IMG/VR virus record: IMGVR_UViG_3300046169_000121
Coordinates: 1-52,215 of that record
DNA length: 52,215 nt
From: a virus
Taxonomy: Duplodnaviria > Caudoviricetes
Strand: one strand, 5' to 3'
A program made the position numbers and the translations under genes. The notes beneath the pieces are model-generated. The model did not search any database, had not been told where the DNA came from, and was given only the letters and a program-made list of their open reading frames with translations. Shown in pieces: positions 1 to 8,961 of this stretch (position 1 is the first letter of the stretch; every line of letters begins with the position of its first letter).

Positions 1-583
1 TAAAACACAAACTGGGGGATATATCTTTGTTTTTATTTAAACCTTCTCCGGTGAAATATATTTCTAGGCCATGTTTATTTATTGGGAGATTTATTTTACA
101 AGATTGTAAGAATAGATTTTTTAAGAATTTATTAAAAATATAATAGTACCTATGATGTGATATACCTGAAGTTGATTTGTCTACCGAGTTGCTATAATTA
201 ATTAATTTATTAATTTTTAACCCTGATATTGCGCTAGAGTAACGGTTATTTGTTATGTGGTGTCTAAACGATAGAGCTACTCCCGACAAGCCTATTGATC
301 TGTCTGTGTTCTGAGGGAGTTGTGAATTTATCAAAAGCTGTTCCCCGTAATTAAGAAAATTTGATTCTTTAAAGAAAAACTGCTTGAACCAGGAATTTAC
401 AATTGGGTACTGGTTGACTATTTTTACGTAAAACTTTATAGTTAAAAGGTTTTTTTTTGAATAATTAATCCCTAAACCATCAATGATTTGATTGTCCAGT
501 CTTAGGGAACGCGATTGTTCTATAAAGTCTAAATTATTTTTATTCTGCGCTAGAGATTGATTTATTATTTTTTCGATTTTCAT
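1..583 (-). CDS. Hypothetical protein, truncated by the window edge (not in the supplied ORF track)
   Basis: Manual translation from ATG at 583 (MKIEKIINQSLAQNKNNLDFIEQ...) stays open to position 1 (about 194 codons); overlaps the end of the upstream gene by 44 nt. Confidence 0.75.
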   Translation of the reverse strand, partial: MKIEKIINQSLAQNKNNLDFIEQSRSLRLDNQIIDGLGINYSKKNLLTIKFYVKIVNQYPIVNSWFKQFFFKESNFLNYGEQLLINSQLPQNTDRSIGLSGVALSFRHHITNNRYSSAISGLKINKLINYSNSVDKSTSGISHHRYYYIFNKFLKNLFLQSCKINLPINKHGLEIYFTGEGLNKNKDISPSLCF

Positions 584-1181
584 TTTTTATACTTTCAAAA
601 GAAGGGACCACTTTATTAAATTTGTTTTTTGTTTTATTGTAAAGTTTAAGCCACCCAAACATTCTTCCCATTAATGGAAGAAATAAACAATTGCTTGGAT
701 CAATTCCGCTATCAAGAGAAAGGGCTGCGATTGCGCATCCAATATTCATTGGAACAGGCATGTGTTCTTGCAATCTTAAACAGAAATTTGTGTGATTATC
801 TATCAGGTCGGCGAAATTAGTTATAAGATAAACAACTCTTGCGTCTTCTTGCTTTATTGAAGGATGTCCAAAGCCGGGAATTTTTCTTCCATCATTTTCG
901 CGCACGACATCAATCGGATTTTTATGGTAATTTTTTGATACGAACTCTGCGATTTGATTGATTGGAAGGTGTTGGTTGGTTATGCAATTTAGTCCCGCTG
1001 CAAGTGCGTGTGGCAAATCAGAGCCACAATTTGCCGCAAGAGCAACAACAGCCGAGCTGGGTGGCTCATTATCAATCGGAAACTCAATGAAAACACTTGC
1101 CAATGCATCAAACAATCTGCGCTGTTGCTTTGTGTAAGCTTGCTTGTCAATTAAATATTCTAATACTTGATCAAAAAACAT
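540..1181 (-). CDS. Citrate synthase / citryl-CoA lyase-like protein (divergent)
   Basis: RKIPGFGHPSIKQEDARV matches the citrate synthase signature G-F-G-H-x-[IV]-x(1,2)-K-x2-D-x-R; also PSS...ALAAGL...H and PMNI..AIAAL segments typical of the short citryl-CoA lyase-like branch. Confidence 0.75.
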   Translation of the reverse strand: MFFDQVLEYLIDKQAYTKQQRRLFDALASVFIEFPIDNEPPSSAVVALAANCGSDLPHALAAGLNCITNQHLPINQIAEFVSKNYHKNPIDVVRENDGRKIPGFGHPSIKQEDARVVYLITNFADLIDNHTNFCLRLQEHMPVPMNIGCAIAALSLDSGIDPSNCLFLPLMGRMFGWLKLYNKTKNKFNKVVPSFESIKNENRKNNKSISSAE

Positions 1182-1677
1182 CTATTTTTCCTTTAACTTT
1201 AAATGAAATTAAATCTGCGTCACAGTTTAATTGTTTGGCGAGTTTTTGAGCGTTTAATAGCGAGGCTTTGTTTGTAGTGTATATTTCGAACATATAACTA
1301 TCAAAACCTCTTAATTTTAATTCTTTAGTTAAGGATAATCTTAAATCACTTCCTATTCCAACCTTTCTGAAGTCTGGGTGAACTATAGTAATAATACCAT
1401 GAGCTATTTTGCTTTTTGTATCATACATTTTATCAATTTGCGTGGAACAACAAGAAAATCCTACGCAAGTTTCATTATGAATACATGCGAGCGCTGGGTC
1501 ATCATTAAATATTGCTTGAAATACTTCATACTTATAAAAGCTTAGAACATTTTTTTCTGTATTTTTTAATGAACATAACCCATGTATTTCTTCATTGTTT
1601 GATATTGAAAGCCTAATGATTTCGAGCACATCTTCTTCATGATCATGAGATAATGGTACTATATGGGTTTTGTCCAT
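1171..1677 (-). CDS. GNAT-family N-acetyltransferase
   Basis: Acetyl-CoA-binding motif A (IVHPDFRKVGIGSDL) and motif B (TTNKASL); 168 aa. Confidence 0.8.
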   Translation of the reverse strand: MDKTHIVPLSHDHEEDVLEIIRLSISNNEEIHGLCSLKNTEKNVLSFYKYEVFQAIFNDDPALACIHNETCVGFSCCSTQIDKMYDTKSKIAHGIITIVHPDFRKVGIGSDLRLSLTKELKLRGFDSYMFEIYTTNKASLLNAQKLAKQLNCDADLISFKVKGKIDVF

Positions 1678-1703
1678 AATAATATTATCTTTAATTGTGC
1701 ATT

Positions 1704-1829
1704 TTATTTACTATAAAATTCATCGTCTTTATTTTTTTGAAATACAAAAACAATTGCAGATAATAATCCAAAAGCTAAAAAATCACCTGTAAAAAATTCA
1801 AAATATGAGGAGGCGAGAATTGTAATCAT
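1704..1829 (-). CDS. Small putative single-pass membrane protein (41 aa, below the ORF-track cutoff)
   Basis: MITILASSYFEFFTGDFLAFGLLSAIVFVFQKNKDDEFYSK; its ATG overlaps the upstream stop (ATGA at 1829-1826) and it fills the intergenic gap. Confidence 0.6.
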   Translation of the reverse strand: MITILASSYFEFFTGDFLAFGLLSAIVFVFQKNKDDEFYSK

Positions 1830-2365
1830 CTATACTCTTTTCTTAAAAGCCGCCAACGGTCTGAGTCGATAGGTTTATTTCCATCATCAATAGCATACAG
1901 CATTTGAATAATTTCGTCAACACTATTATAAATGTATTTATGAGGAAACATACCAAGCATCCATAGAGGAGTCTTTGCTTTGCCACCTTCCATACTAACG
2001 AATACAGGTTTTTTCTCGCGAACCGCTGTGACAATTTCTTCGGCACTTCCCCAACTTGCGACTTCAGGCACAAGATGTGCAATAATAAAATCACTGCGAT
2101 CTACCAAATTTAAATCGTATGCACGCACAGTTTTCATTCGCTCGGTTACTCGATCATATTGCTTGGTGCTCATCCAAGTTTCCATTTCTTGGCGACTAGC
2201 TTCGTCCTCTTCTACATCTTTAATGAAGGGTTTCTTGTATGGATCAAAACATGTAATACTTAATGGTTTAAGTTCTTCTGCTACATGATCTCTCCAATTA
2301 CGACCGCTCACATACTGCATGTGGCCCACCAAATAACATTTGGTTCTGTACAATAGATTTTTCAT
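1826..2365 (-). CDS. Nucleoside 2-deoxyribosyltransferase / nucleotide N-glycosidase family protein
   Basis: YLVGHM...WR...FDPY, DLNLVDRSDFII and SWGSAEE (G-S/T-x-x-E nucleophile motif) followed by KPV. Confidence 0.75.
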   Translation of the reverse strand: MKNLLYRTKCYLVGHMQYVSGRNWRDHVAEELKPLSITCFDPYKKPFIKDVEEDEASRQEMETWMSTKQYDRVTERMKTVRAYDLNLVDRSDFIIAHLVPEVASWGSAEEIVTAVREKKPVFVSMEGGKAKTPLWMLGMFPHKYIYNSVDEIIQMLYAIDDGNKPIDSDRWRLLRKEYR

Positions 2366-2371
2366 GCTTCA

Positions 2372-2400
2372 ACTATACCAGATAGTCGAAGCTTTGTCAA
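2372..2400 (-). promoter_or_regulatory. Sigma70-type early promoter, leaderless
   Basis: TTGACA-17 nt-TATAGT with a TGn extension; the ATG at 2365 lies 6 nt after the -10 box. Confidence 0.8.
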
Positions 2401-2403
2401 GCA

Positions 2404-3426
2404 TTATCTCGTTGCGTGAATATGAAGCTTGGCGTCTTCTGGGAGATCTGACACAAATGAAACTTTAAAAGACGAAGTTGTTGATTCGCTAATTAGATAA
2501 GAAACGATAAAATTTTCACTTTCTAAACTTGTTGACAGTATAGGTGGTGCGATAAATGCTTCTGGATATGTTATTTCAAATGAAGACTGCCCTGATGCAA
2601 GATCCTCGACCAACGATATTGTTTTTGTTTGTCTAAAAGACGCTCCTCCTGTTGGTTTCGCGAGAGTGTGAATCTTGTACGAATCATTAGGTATATTACT
2701 TGCAAAATTAACTGTATAATTCTGATTTGTTACATTCGTAATAAGGTATGGCACAGCTGCAGATCCAGATCCCTGAAGATCCAGAGTTACAGATGGGGGA
2801 CTCTCAAAAGTTTTTGGAAAATCTATATTATACTGCGAGATTCCTGAAACTAATGAAAGTGTGAAATTGACAGACTCTTCTGGATGAGAAGATATTTTTA
2901 CAAACCCACCTGCGTCATCTGATACATATAAATTATTAAAATATCCATCTCCATTTACCGTAAGAGCTCCCGATGAAGATGTTGTGTTTATCGAAAGCGA
3001 CCCAGTGCTGTCAATATTCATGGTTTGGCCGCTAACATCTATATTGATTGAATCATTTGCTGCAAAATTAATCTTGCCCGACTCGAATTGAATATAAGTA
3101 TCTAAATCATCTTTGTGATAAATATAATCTTCCACAGTATAAGAATCCACCCCCAAGCCCCCACCAAAAGAACACTCATCAATGAAAGTTTTTGAACCCC
3201 TGATTTCTTGATCTCCACTTAATAAAACTGATGTGTCAAGTATTGATTTTTTTAAATTTTTAAATTTTATTTTTTCATTACTGATGCCTGAAGATGCAAT
3301 CATAAAAAGAACATCATCATCTTGATTGCCAATGTTTGGGTCGAATCCAGAGGGAATGAAAGACGAATCGAAGGAAGATAAGCTTGTTGCTTCATCTAAA
3401 TTTGAGATTCTATTATTTGTTGCCAT
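2404..3426 (-). CDS. Putative virion fibre/decoration protein with two C-terminal H-type-lectin-like repeats
   Basis: N-terminal NNRISNL motif, DQEIRGSKTF fibre motif and two F/Y-P-x-x-F-x-x-P-P repeats; paralog of 3428-4504. Confidence 0.55.
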   Translation of the reverse strand: MATNNRISNLDEATSLSSFDSSFIPSGFDPNIGNQDDDVLFMIASSGISNEKIKFKNLKKSILDTSVLLSGDQEIRGSKTFIDECSFGGGLGVDSYTVEDYIYHKDDLDTYIQFESGKINFAANDSINIDVSGQTMNIDSTGSLSINTTSSSGALTVNGDGYFNNLYVSDDAGGFVKISSHPEESVNFTLSLVSGISQYNIDFPKTFESPPSVTLDLQGSGSAAVPYLITNVTNQNYTVNFASNIPNDSYKIHTLAKPTGGASFRQTKTISLVEDLASGQSSFEITYPEAFIAPPILSTSLESENFIVSYLISESTTSSFKVSFVSDLPEDAKLHIHATR

Positions 3427-3427
3427 T

Positions 3428-4504
3428 TTAATTTCTTTCTTGAGATAAAGTATGTATTGTATAATTTTGATCCACTTCTGATTCGAAGTGAATAGTATAT
3501 GAATTATTATTTACACTAGATATGGCATATGCAACAATGTTATTTGCACTCTCTATTGAGGCATGTACAGAAGGAGCGGATGAATATGCAAAAGGAAAGT
3601 TGATTGTGTGAGTCAAAGATTGAGAGGTTAATTGAGTGTGAAAACGTTGTATTGTTTGCGCATCAGACACACTGCTTTCGCTTGAGTCAGGAAGGATAGA
3701 GGGGCTAAATGCTGACACATGTAAAGAGTAATCATTTCCTGTAATTACTGAGTCAAATTTAATTTGAAAACTATGGGCATTAACATTCGATAATATAAAC
3801 GGTACATATGCTTGAGAATTTTCGCGAAATAAGTTTGCAGTTATAATTGGTTTATATTTAAAAGTTTTCGGGAGGTATATTGTAGAGATCGTTGTTCCTG
3901 CCTCTATTTTATGATTAAAACATACCGTTTCGTCCTCTAAGTCTTCAAGTGGTAACTTGCTATAATTACCTTTTATATTTTTTACATAAGTATTATTTAT
4001 GTATCCGTCACCATTAATATTTAATGCCCCTTTATTTGTGTTTGTATTAATATTGAGGCACCCGCTGTTTGAAAAGTATACGTTTTTATTTTGATCAGAA
4101 TAAAATGAAACTTCTTTATCTGAATTTAAAAATAATTTACCTTCTTCAAATCTTGCCGAACAAGATCCATCTGATTCATCATTAATATACTCATCAATGT
4201 ATAGATTTTCATAGGAGACTGCGTCTTGTGTTTTAAGAAAGCATAGATCCATGAAAACTTTTGATCCAGATATCTCTTGCTCTCCTTCAGTTAATAATGA
4301 ATTATCTATATTTGATTTTTTTAAATTTTCAAAAGATATTTTTTGATTAGACGCATTCTCTATTGCAGTCAAAAATAAAATATCGTCATGATCTGAGCCA
4401 AGTGTGGAATTATTAGACGCAGATACCGCCTCTTTAATGCAGTCAGAGAATAATCCCGAAGTTTCTTGCAGTTCTGATATTTTTTGATTCGGCATAACGA
4501 GCAA
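3428..4504 (-). CDS. Putative virion fibre/decoration protein, paralog of 2404-3426 (probable start ATG 4495)
   Basis: NQKISEL, EQEISGSKVF, LPKTFKYKP and FPFAYSSAPSV; colinear with the downstream paralog. Confidence 0.55.
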   Translation of the reverse strand: MLVMPNQKISELQETSGLFSDCIKEAVSASNNSTLGSDHDDILFLTAIENASNQKISFENLKKSNIDNSLLTEGEQEISGSKVFMDLCFLKTQDAVSYENLYIDEYINDESDGSCSARFEEGKLFLNSDKEVSFYSDQNKNVYFSNSGCLNINTNTNKGALNINGDGYINNTYVKNIKGNYSKLPLEDLEDETVCFNHKIEAGTTISTIYLPKTFKYKPIITANLFRENSQAYVPFILSNVNAHSFQIKFDSVITGNDYSLHVSAFSPSILPDSSESSVSDAQTIQRFHTQLTSQSLTHTINFPFAYSSAPSVHASIESANNIVAYAISSVNNNSYTIHFESEVDQNYTIHTLSQERN

Positions 4505-4508
4505 TGTT

Positions 4509-4539
4509 TATTACACTAAACAGTATAAATAGTGTAATA
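4509..4539. promoter_or_regulatory. Back-to-back putative late promoters (AGTGTAA on both strands)
   Basis: Perfect 10-bp inverted repeat TATTACACTA/TAGTGTAATA between divergent structural genes; the same motif recurs upstream of other structural genes. Confidence 0.55.
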
Positions 4540-4545
4540 TGATTC

Positions 4546-6030
4546 GTGGCACAAGGAACAATTACTCGTTTAACTTACGAAAGGCTTGGTATTTTACTAA
4601 CCGATGCACCTGCGTACAAAGAGAGCGGCACTAAATATAGTGATTTAATACGTATACAAAGTATGGATTACAGCTTCTCTCATGAAGTTACAGACATAAA
4701 GGCTGTTGGTAGCGATAAACTTGTTACGAGGAGCGGGCAAAGTCCAATTATTAGAGCCCCCTCCATTAACTGCAATATAGAGTATTTATTTTCAGAGGGT
4801 CAAAATGAAATTGCAGCAGGTCTTCATATGGGCAGGAATGACAGTGTCATTAAAAATTATGTACAAACATCTTCTACTGATGATATTAATATACTTGTTG
4901 TTGCTTCTGATGAAGATAGTCATAAAGATCTTTCTTTCTTGAATAGTGAGTCTGATTTTGAAGATTATAATGTTATTGGTATTGGTAATGCATTTTTAAT
5001 GAATTATGCATATAATGCTTCGGTCGGTTCATTACCAACCAGTTCTTTAAGTTTTGCCGCGAGTAATATGAAGTATGACGCATATTCTGCAAGCAGTCGA
5101 CCAACTTTACCCGCCGTGAAGCTTGGAGTGAATAACATTAACTCTACCGAAGAGGTCCATTTAGATGTATCAAAAATAAAAGACCATAGCCACGATCGAG
5201 AAAATCAAGGTTATATATTTGACCAGCATTTTAATCCAGAAGTCTCTGCCATAAAGCCTGGCGACATAAAAATAACGATGACAAAACGAAGCGGAGGAAG
5301 GGGGGGTGCAATTCTTGATTCTTTGTCTGCAGCAGTTCAAAGCATATCTATTGATCTGCCTATACCTCGTCAAGATATTTATGGAATGGGCAGTAATTAT
5401 GTTTTTAATAGAAAATTAAAGCTTCCAATAATTGGCTCGCTATCTGTAGATATGGTTGTTAGAGGGTATGCTCAAGATCAAGTCGACTCGTTTTTAACTC
5501 AAACGGATGTCTACAATATACTGGTTGAACATGCCACGCCAAAAAGAGTTGTTGGCAATCAAGGAGAAACTTTAGTTGAGAATCTTTATTATTATATTGC
5601 TGTTGAAAATAATGACTGGAGGAGAGTTTTAATGGAGTCGTTTACTCATTCAGTCTCTGGAAGCGCTGGAGATACGGCTTTTAGTAGTGACGGCAACTTT
5701 TATTATGTTTGTATAAACGGTTTTACTTGGGGAAAAATAAATTTAACAAATTCAAGTGAGTCGTTTTCTGGTAACATTGCTTATTCTTATAATTTTATAT
5801 ACGTTCTGGATGGAACTACTTGGAAAAAATTCTCCGTCAATACAATTGACTTTGATTCTATTGGTGCGGGAACCGCATTGGATATTTCTTCGGGTATAGC
5901 TTTTGAAGTTAATAGAGCTCAATTAAAAAATCAGTCGTACAGTCATGCGATTGGATCTAATGTTCAAGTAAATAGCGCTATGACTTTTGATGTTACTAAA
6001 ACTGACGGACTGAGATTGTATTTTAAATAA
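4546..6030 (+). CDS. Tail tube protein paralog with inserted short fibre-like repeats
   Basis: Colinear with the joined 6694-7413 and 6093-6752 products (RIQSMDYSF/RVQSANYSF, IGIGNAF/IALGNGF, IKPGDI/LRPGDI, VQSISIDLPI/VQSFSIDLPI); three Y[IY]Y[IV]...W[RGK][RK] repeats near the C-terminus. Confidence 0.65.
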   Translation: MAQGTITRLTYERLGILLTDAPAYKESGTKYSDLIRIQSMDYSFSHEVTDIKAVGSDKLVTRSGQSPIIRAPSINCNIEYLFSEGQNEIAAGLHMGRNDSVIKNYVQTSSTDDINILVVASDEDSHKDLSFLNSESDFEDYNVIGIGNAFLMNYAYNASVGSLPTSSLSFAASNMKYDAYSASSRPTLPAVKLGVNNINSTEEVHLDVSKIKDHSHDRENQGYIFDQHFNPEVSAIKPGDIKITMTKRSGGRGGAILDSLSAAVQSISIDLPIPRQDIYGMGSNYVFNRKLKLPIIGSLSVDMVVRGYAQDQVDSFLTQTDVYNILVEHATPKRVVGNQGETLVENLYYYIAVENNDWRRVLMESFTHSVSGSAGDTAFSSDGNFYYVCINGFTWGKINLTNSSESFSGNIAYSYNFIYVLDGTTWKKFSVNTIDFDSIGAGTALDISSGIAFEVNRAQLKNQSYSHAIGSNVQVNSAMTFDVTKTDGLRLYFK

Positions 6031-6031
6031 C

Positions 6032-6069
6032 AAAAAACCCCCGACCGAATTAACAGTCGAGGGTTTTTT
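6032..6069. terminator. Bidirectional rho-independent terminator
   Basis: AAAAAACCC-C-CGAC-loop-GTCG-A-GGGTTTTTT hairpin between convergent genes. Confidence 0.85.
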
Positions 6070-6092
6070 AAGAACAAGTTGTTATATTATAA

Positions 6093-6752
6093 TTATGCGA
6101 AATACTGGTGAATGCCAGTTGCGTTTCTTGATCCTGAAATAAAGATTCCGTTAGATTGATCTTCTGGACCTCCGACTTGAGCTGTAAATGTAAGATCTAC
6201 ACTCTTATTATCTCCGATTGAAGAACTGAACGATTCCCCTTCAAGCCGCGCTCCTTTTACTGTATACTGCATTGCAATTGGACCATTCCCACTTTGAGTG
6301 GGCTCTCTCATTGTAAAAACAAGATCGTGTTCCTCTTCATCAAACAGCATGTCTGCAACGTTTCCTTCTTTAAGGTCAGAAAGGATTGCATTTACTGATA
6401 CAGATATATTTACTGGAAAATCTGTTACTTTTGCGTATGCATATGGATTTCCAAGACGACTAATGTTACTGCGACTTATTGGTAAATCAATACTAAAGCT
6501 TTGAACGTGTGCAGATCCAGAACCTTCGTAATCATCTGTAGGATCGGCGGAAGGTAAAAGTTCGAATTCACCTGCGCGTCCTCCAGCTCCAAGCTTCAAG
6601 GATATATCTCCTGGGCGCAAGCATGAAATTCCTTCATCTCCAAAACCATCACTGTTTCCTGTCCAACCGTCATCTGTACTTCCCCAGATTCCATCATGAC
6701 CAATTAAAGCTCTCTCCTTTTCCGCTAACGGCATCTGGAAGAGAGAACTCAA
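6093..6752 (-). CDS. Major tail tube protein, C-terminal half (second frame)
   Basis: Matches the C-terminal half of the intact paralog 4546-6030; overlaps the upstream ORF in the +1 frame. Confidence 0.65.
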   Translation of the reverse strand: MSSLFQMPLAEKERALIGHDGIWGSTDDGWTGNSDGFGDEGISCLRPGDISLKLGAGGRAGEFELLPSADPTDDYEGSGSAHVQSFSIDLPISRSNISRLGNPYAYAKVTDFPVNISVSVNAILSDLKEGNVADMLFDEEEHDLVFTMREPTQSGNGPIAMQYTVKGARLEGESFSSSIGDNKSVDLTFTAQVGGPEDQSNGIFISGSRNATGIHQYFA

Positions 6753-7413
6753 CGCCTTCTACCTCATAACCGTGCGTTGTGTTTATAGAGGGAACTTTTA
6801 AATTTTCTGTTCCGTTGTAACTACGAAGATTTAAACCGTCAATCGTTACACTTGCTGTTGGCATTCCTCCTACAGCTGCTTCGATTGAATAGTTGGAAAC
6901 GAATCCGTTACCAAGAGCAATAACGCTCCTTTCAGAATCAACGTCAGTGTTGTTCACTGCATCTGTTCCTTCTGGAGTTGTCAAGATAAAGAAATTTTTA
7001 CCACCTGGGTTTTCAGCAGAATTTGATTTACCGAGAAGTATTTCGTCTGCTAAGGATGAAGTTTGACCACCAACATCAAAACCTAAAAGGCGCTCATTAA
7101 TTCCATTCGTTAAGTAGTAAGAAAAATCTAGCGTTACTGTGGGTGGTTCAATTGATACACTATCAATACGAGCGAGTTGACCAAATTGATTTACGTCTTG
7201 ACGATTAACGCTAAAACTGTAGTTTGCACTTTGTACTCGACGAAGTTGCATAATTCCTGTTTTAACCTCTCCTCCTGCAGCTGTAGCTGCTGCATCTGCT
7301 AGTAACTGGGTGTTATAACCAGTTCCGTTTACTTTGAAGTGGTGACCTGTGGCGTCTACTGTACCAGCGTATAATGCCTCACTTTGATAAATTACTCTTG
7401 CTCTATTTGCCAT
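6694..7413 (-). CDS. Major tail tube protein, N-terminal half
   Basis: Lies downstream of the neck/terminator genes; matches the N-terminal half of paralog 4546-6030; beta-rich. Confidence 0.65.
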   Translation of the reverse strand: MANRARVIYQSEALYAGTVDATGHHFKVNGTGYNTQLLADAAATAAGGEVKTGIMQLRRVQSANYSFSVNRQDVNQFGQLARIDSVSIEPPTVTLDFSYYLTNGINERLLGFDVGGQTSSLADEILLGKSNSAENPGGKNFFILTTPEGTDAVNNTDVDSERSVIALGNGFVSNYSIEAAVGGMPTASVTIDGLNLRSYNGTENLKVPSINTTHGYEVEGVEFSLPDAVSGKGESFNWS

Positions 7414-7477
7414 GATATGTATAAAATTGAAGTTAAATTTCTGCTGTTAATTACATTTTTTAAGTATTAAAGGGAAA

Positions 7478-8326
7478 TTATGATCTAGGAAATCTTAAGT
7501 TTGTGATTTCGAAGTCAATAAATCCCACAAAAAGAGATGGGTCAATATTTTTACTAACGCGGTCACTAAGCTTGGAGCAGCGCACATCTTCCACATGAAA
7601 AAGATCACGCCCTTTACTGTGAATTAATGTCATATAGTTGAATCCTGTTGTGTCTCCGTATTCAGTTAATGGATAATCTGAAAAGTCTACTTTTTGAAAT
7701 ACTTCATTCTTTGAGTCGGCAAAAACCGACATTGCTCCATCAAGTTGATAGGTGTTTTCAGCGAAAACTACGCAACGAATGTTAGTGCTAGTTTTATCTT
7801 CTCCGCCAAATGCAAATGGCTCGTTTTCAACCAATTCAGGGTTTACGAAAATTGCAGGAACAACTTGTTTGTGAGGCGCAATTCCTGAAAGTTCTTGCTT
7901 GAACCTCCCATTAGAATCGAATTTGCTCTCCACAATGAGCTGCTCTTCAGTTTGGTTTGTAATGTACCAATTAAACTCTTTCACAGAATATGCGCCGCTT
8001 AGGGCGCTATTATTCGCACCAAAAGATGCATCAAGTATCACTCGACCGTCATCGAAATCAATAATTAATCCGTCCTCTCCACGACCAATAAATGAACCAT
8101 TATTATATATTCCACTTGGAATCTGTGCTCCATCAATACTTTCATCAAACACCCATTGCTTGTGTGGACTGCTATAAGTTACAAACCCCGAACCAAGTTG
8201 GTCATCAATTCCCATTGGATAAAGTGGAGATACATAATTTTGGAAAGCTTCTGCCTTGTCTACGACAAAATTGTCGGCCCAAAGCATAAAGCTTGTTGTT
8301 AATTCGTGTTGAAATTGCGGTTTCAT
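7478..8326 (-). CDS. Putative tail terminator/completion protein
   Basis: Gene order directly before the tube gene; acidic, beta-rich, VPAIFV...FAFGG motif. Confidence 0.45.
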   Translation of the reverse strand: MKPQFQHELTTSFMLWADNFVVDKAEAFQNYVSPLYPMGIDDQLGSGFVTYSSPHKQWVFDESIDGAQIPSGIYNNGSFIGRGEDGLIIDFDDGRVILDASFGANNSALSGAYSVKEFNWYITNQTEEQLIVESKFDSNGRFKQELSGIAPHKQVVPAIFVNPELVENEPFAFGGEDKTSTNIRCVVFAENTYQLDGAMSVFADSKNEVFQKVDFSDYPLTEYGDTTGFNYMTLIHSKGRDLFHVEDVRCSKLSDRVSKNIDPSLFVGFIDFEITNLRFPRS

Positions 8327-8328
8327 TT

Positions 8329-8961
8329 TTAAAAATATTTACTTGATACTCTTGATGCTTGTATTGAGTTTAAGTTTGTTTCGAATTGTTGTAATAATTG
8401 TTTGATGTATGGTATTTGTACACGTCCACCTTCAGGTCGATTGCGATTTTGAAAACCAGCTCCACTTCGACTAGAGTTGATTCGTTTGTGCATGTATTGA
8501 CCTAGATTGGGAATGCCGCGACCTTCAAGCTCACGCAGCCAACTTGATCCGCTGGCCCATGGTAGTGGAGTTGCTGCATACAAATCTTGCATTGATGGAG
8601 ATGTAACCATGTAAGTCCACACAAATCCAAATGTACCCATTTTGCGGCGGCGTATTATAATGTCTGTTTTTACTAGCATTTTTTCGATTGTTTTAATAGG
8701 ATCTGCGCCAGTCTCAAAACCAATAAATCCAAAAAGATTTCCTTCGGGTAATGTGCCACTAATATTAGAACTTCCTGGGCCCGATCGTAGTTCTCTGGTT
8801 ACTGCGTGACCTTCAAATTCACTCATCATTTTTTGTTTTGCAACACGAAATTGCTTTTCAATCAATAATCTTACTTTTAGTTGTAATTCTTTATCTCTAC
8901 TGAGTTGCCGAGCAATGGATGTTTTAATTGATCTATTGAGTGGATTGGCCATTTGCTTCAA
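8329..8961 (-). CDS. Putative neck/tail completion protein (basic); start probably ATG 8952
   Basis: Synteny between head-closure-like and terminator-like genes; Arg/Lys-rich. Confidence 0.4.
   Translation of the reverse strand: MKQMANPLNRSIKTSIARQLSRDKELQLKVRLLIEKQFRVAKQKMMSEFEGHAVTRELRSGPGSSNISGTLPEGNLFGFIGFETGADPIKTIEKMLVKTDIIIRRRKMGTFGFVWTYMVTSPSMQDLYAATPLPWASGSSWLRELEGRGIPNLGQYMHKRINSSRSGAGFQNRNRPEGGRVQIPYIKQLLQQFETNLNSIQASRVSSKYF

Noticed and set aside
3338-3352. tRNA T-loop-like GGGTCGAATCC
   Set aside because: It lies inside a coding gene and no cloverleaf can be built around it.
4524-4531. T4-type late promoter TATAAATA (also near 44865)
   Set aside because: It is not found upstream of the other structural genes, is expected by chance in AT-rich DNA, and the GTGTA motif explains these regions better.
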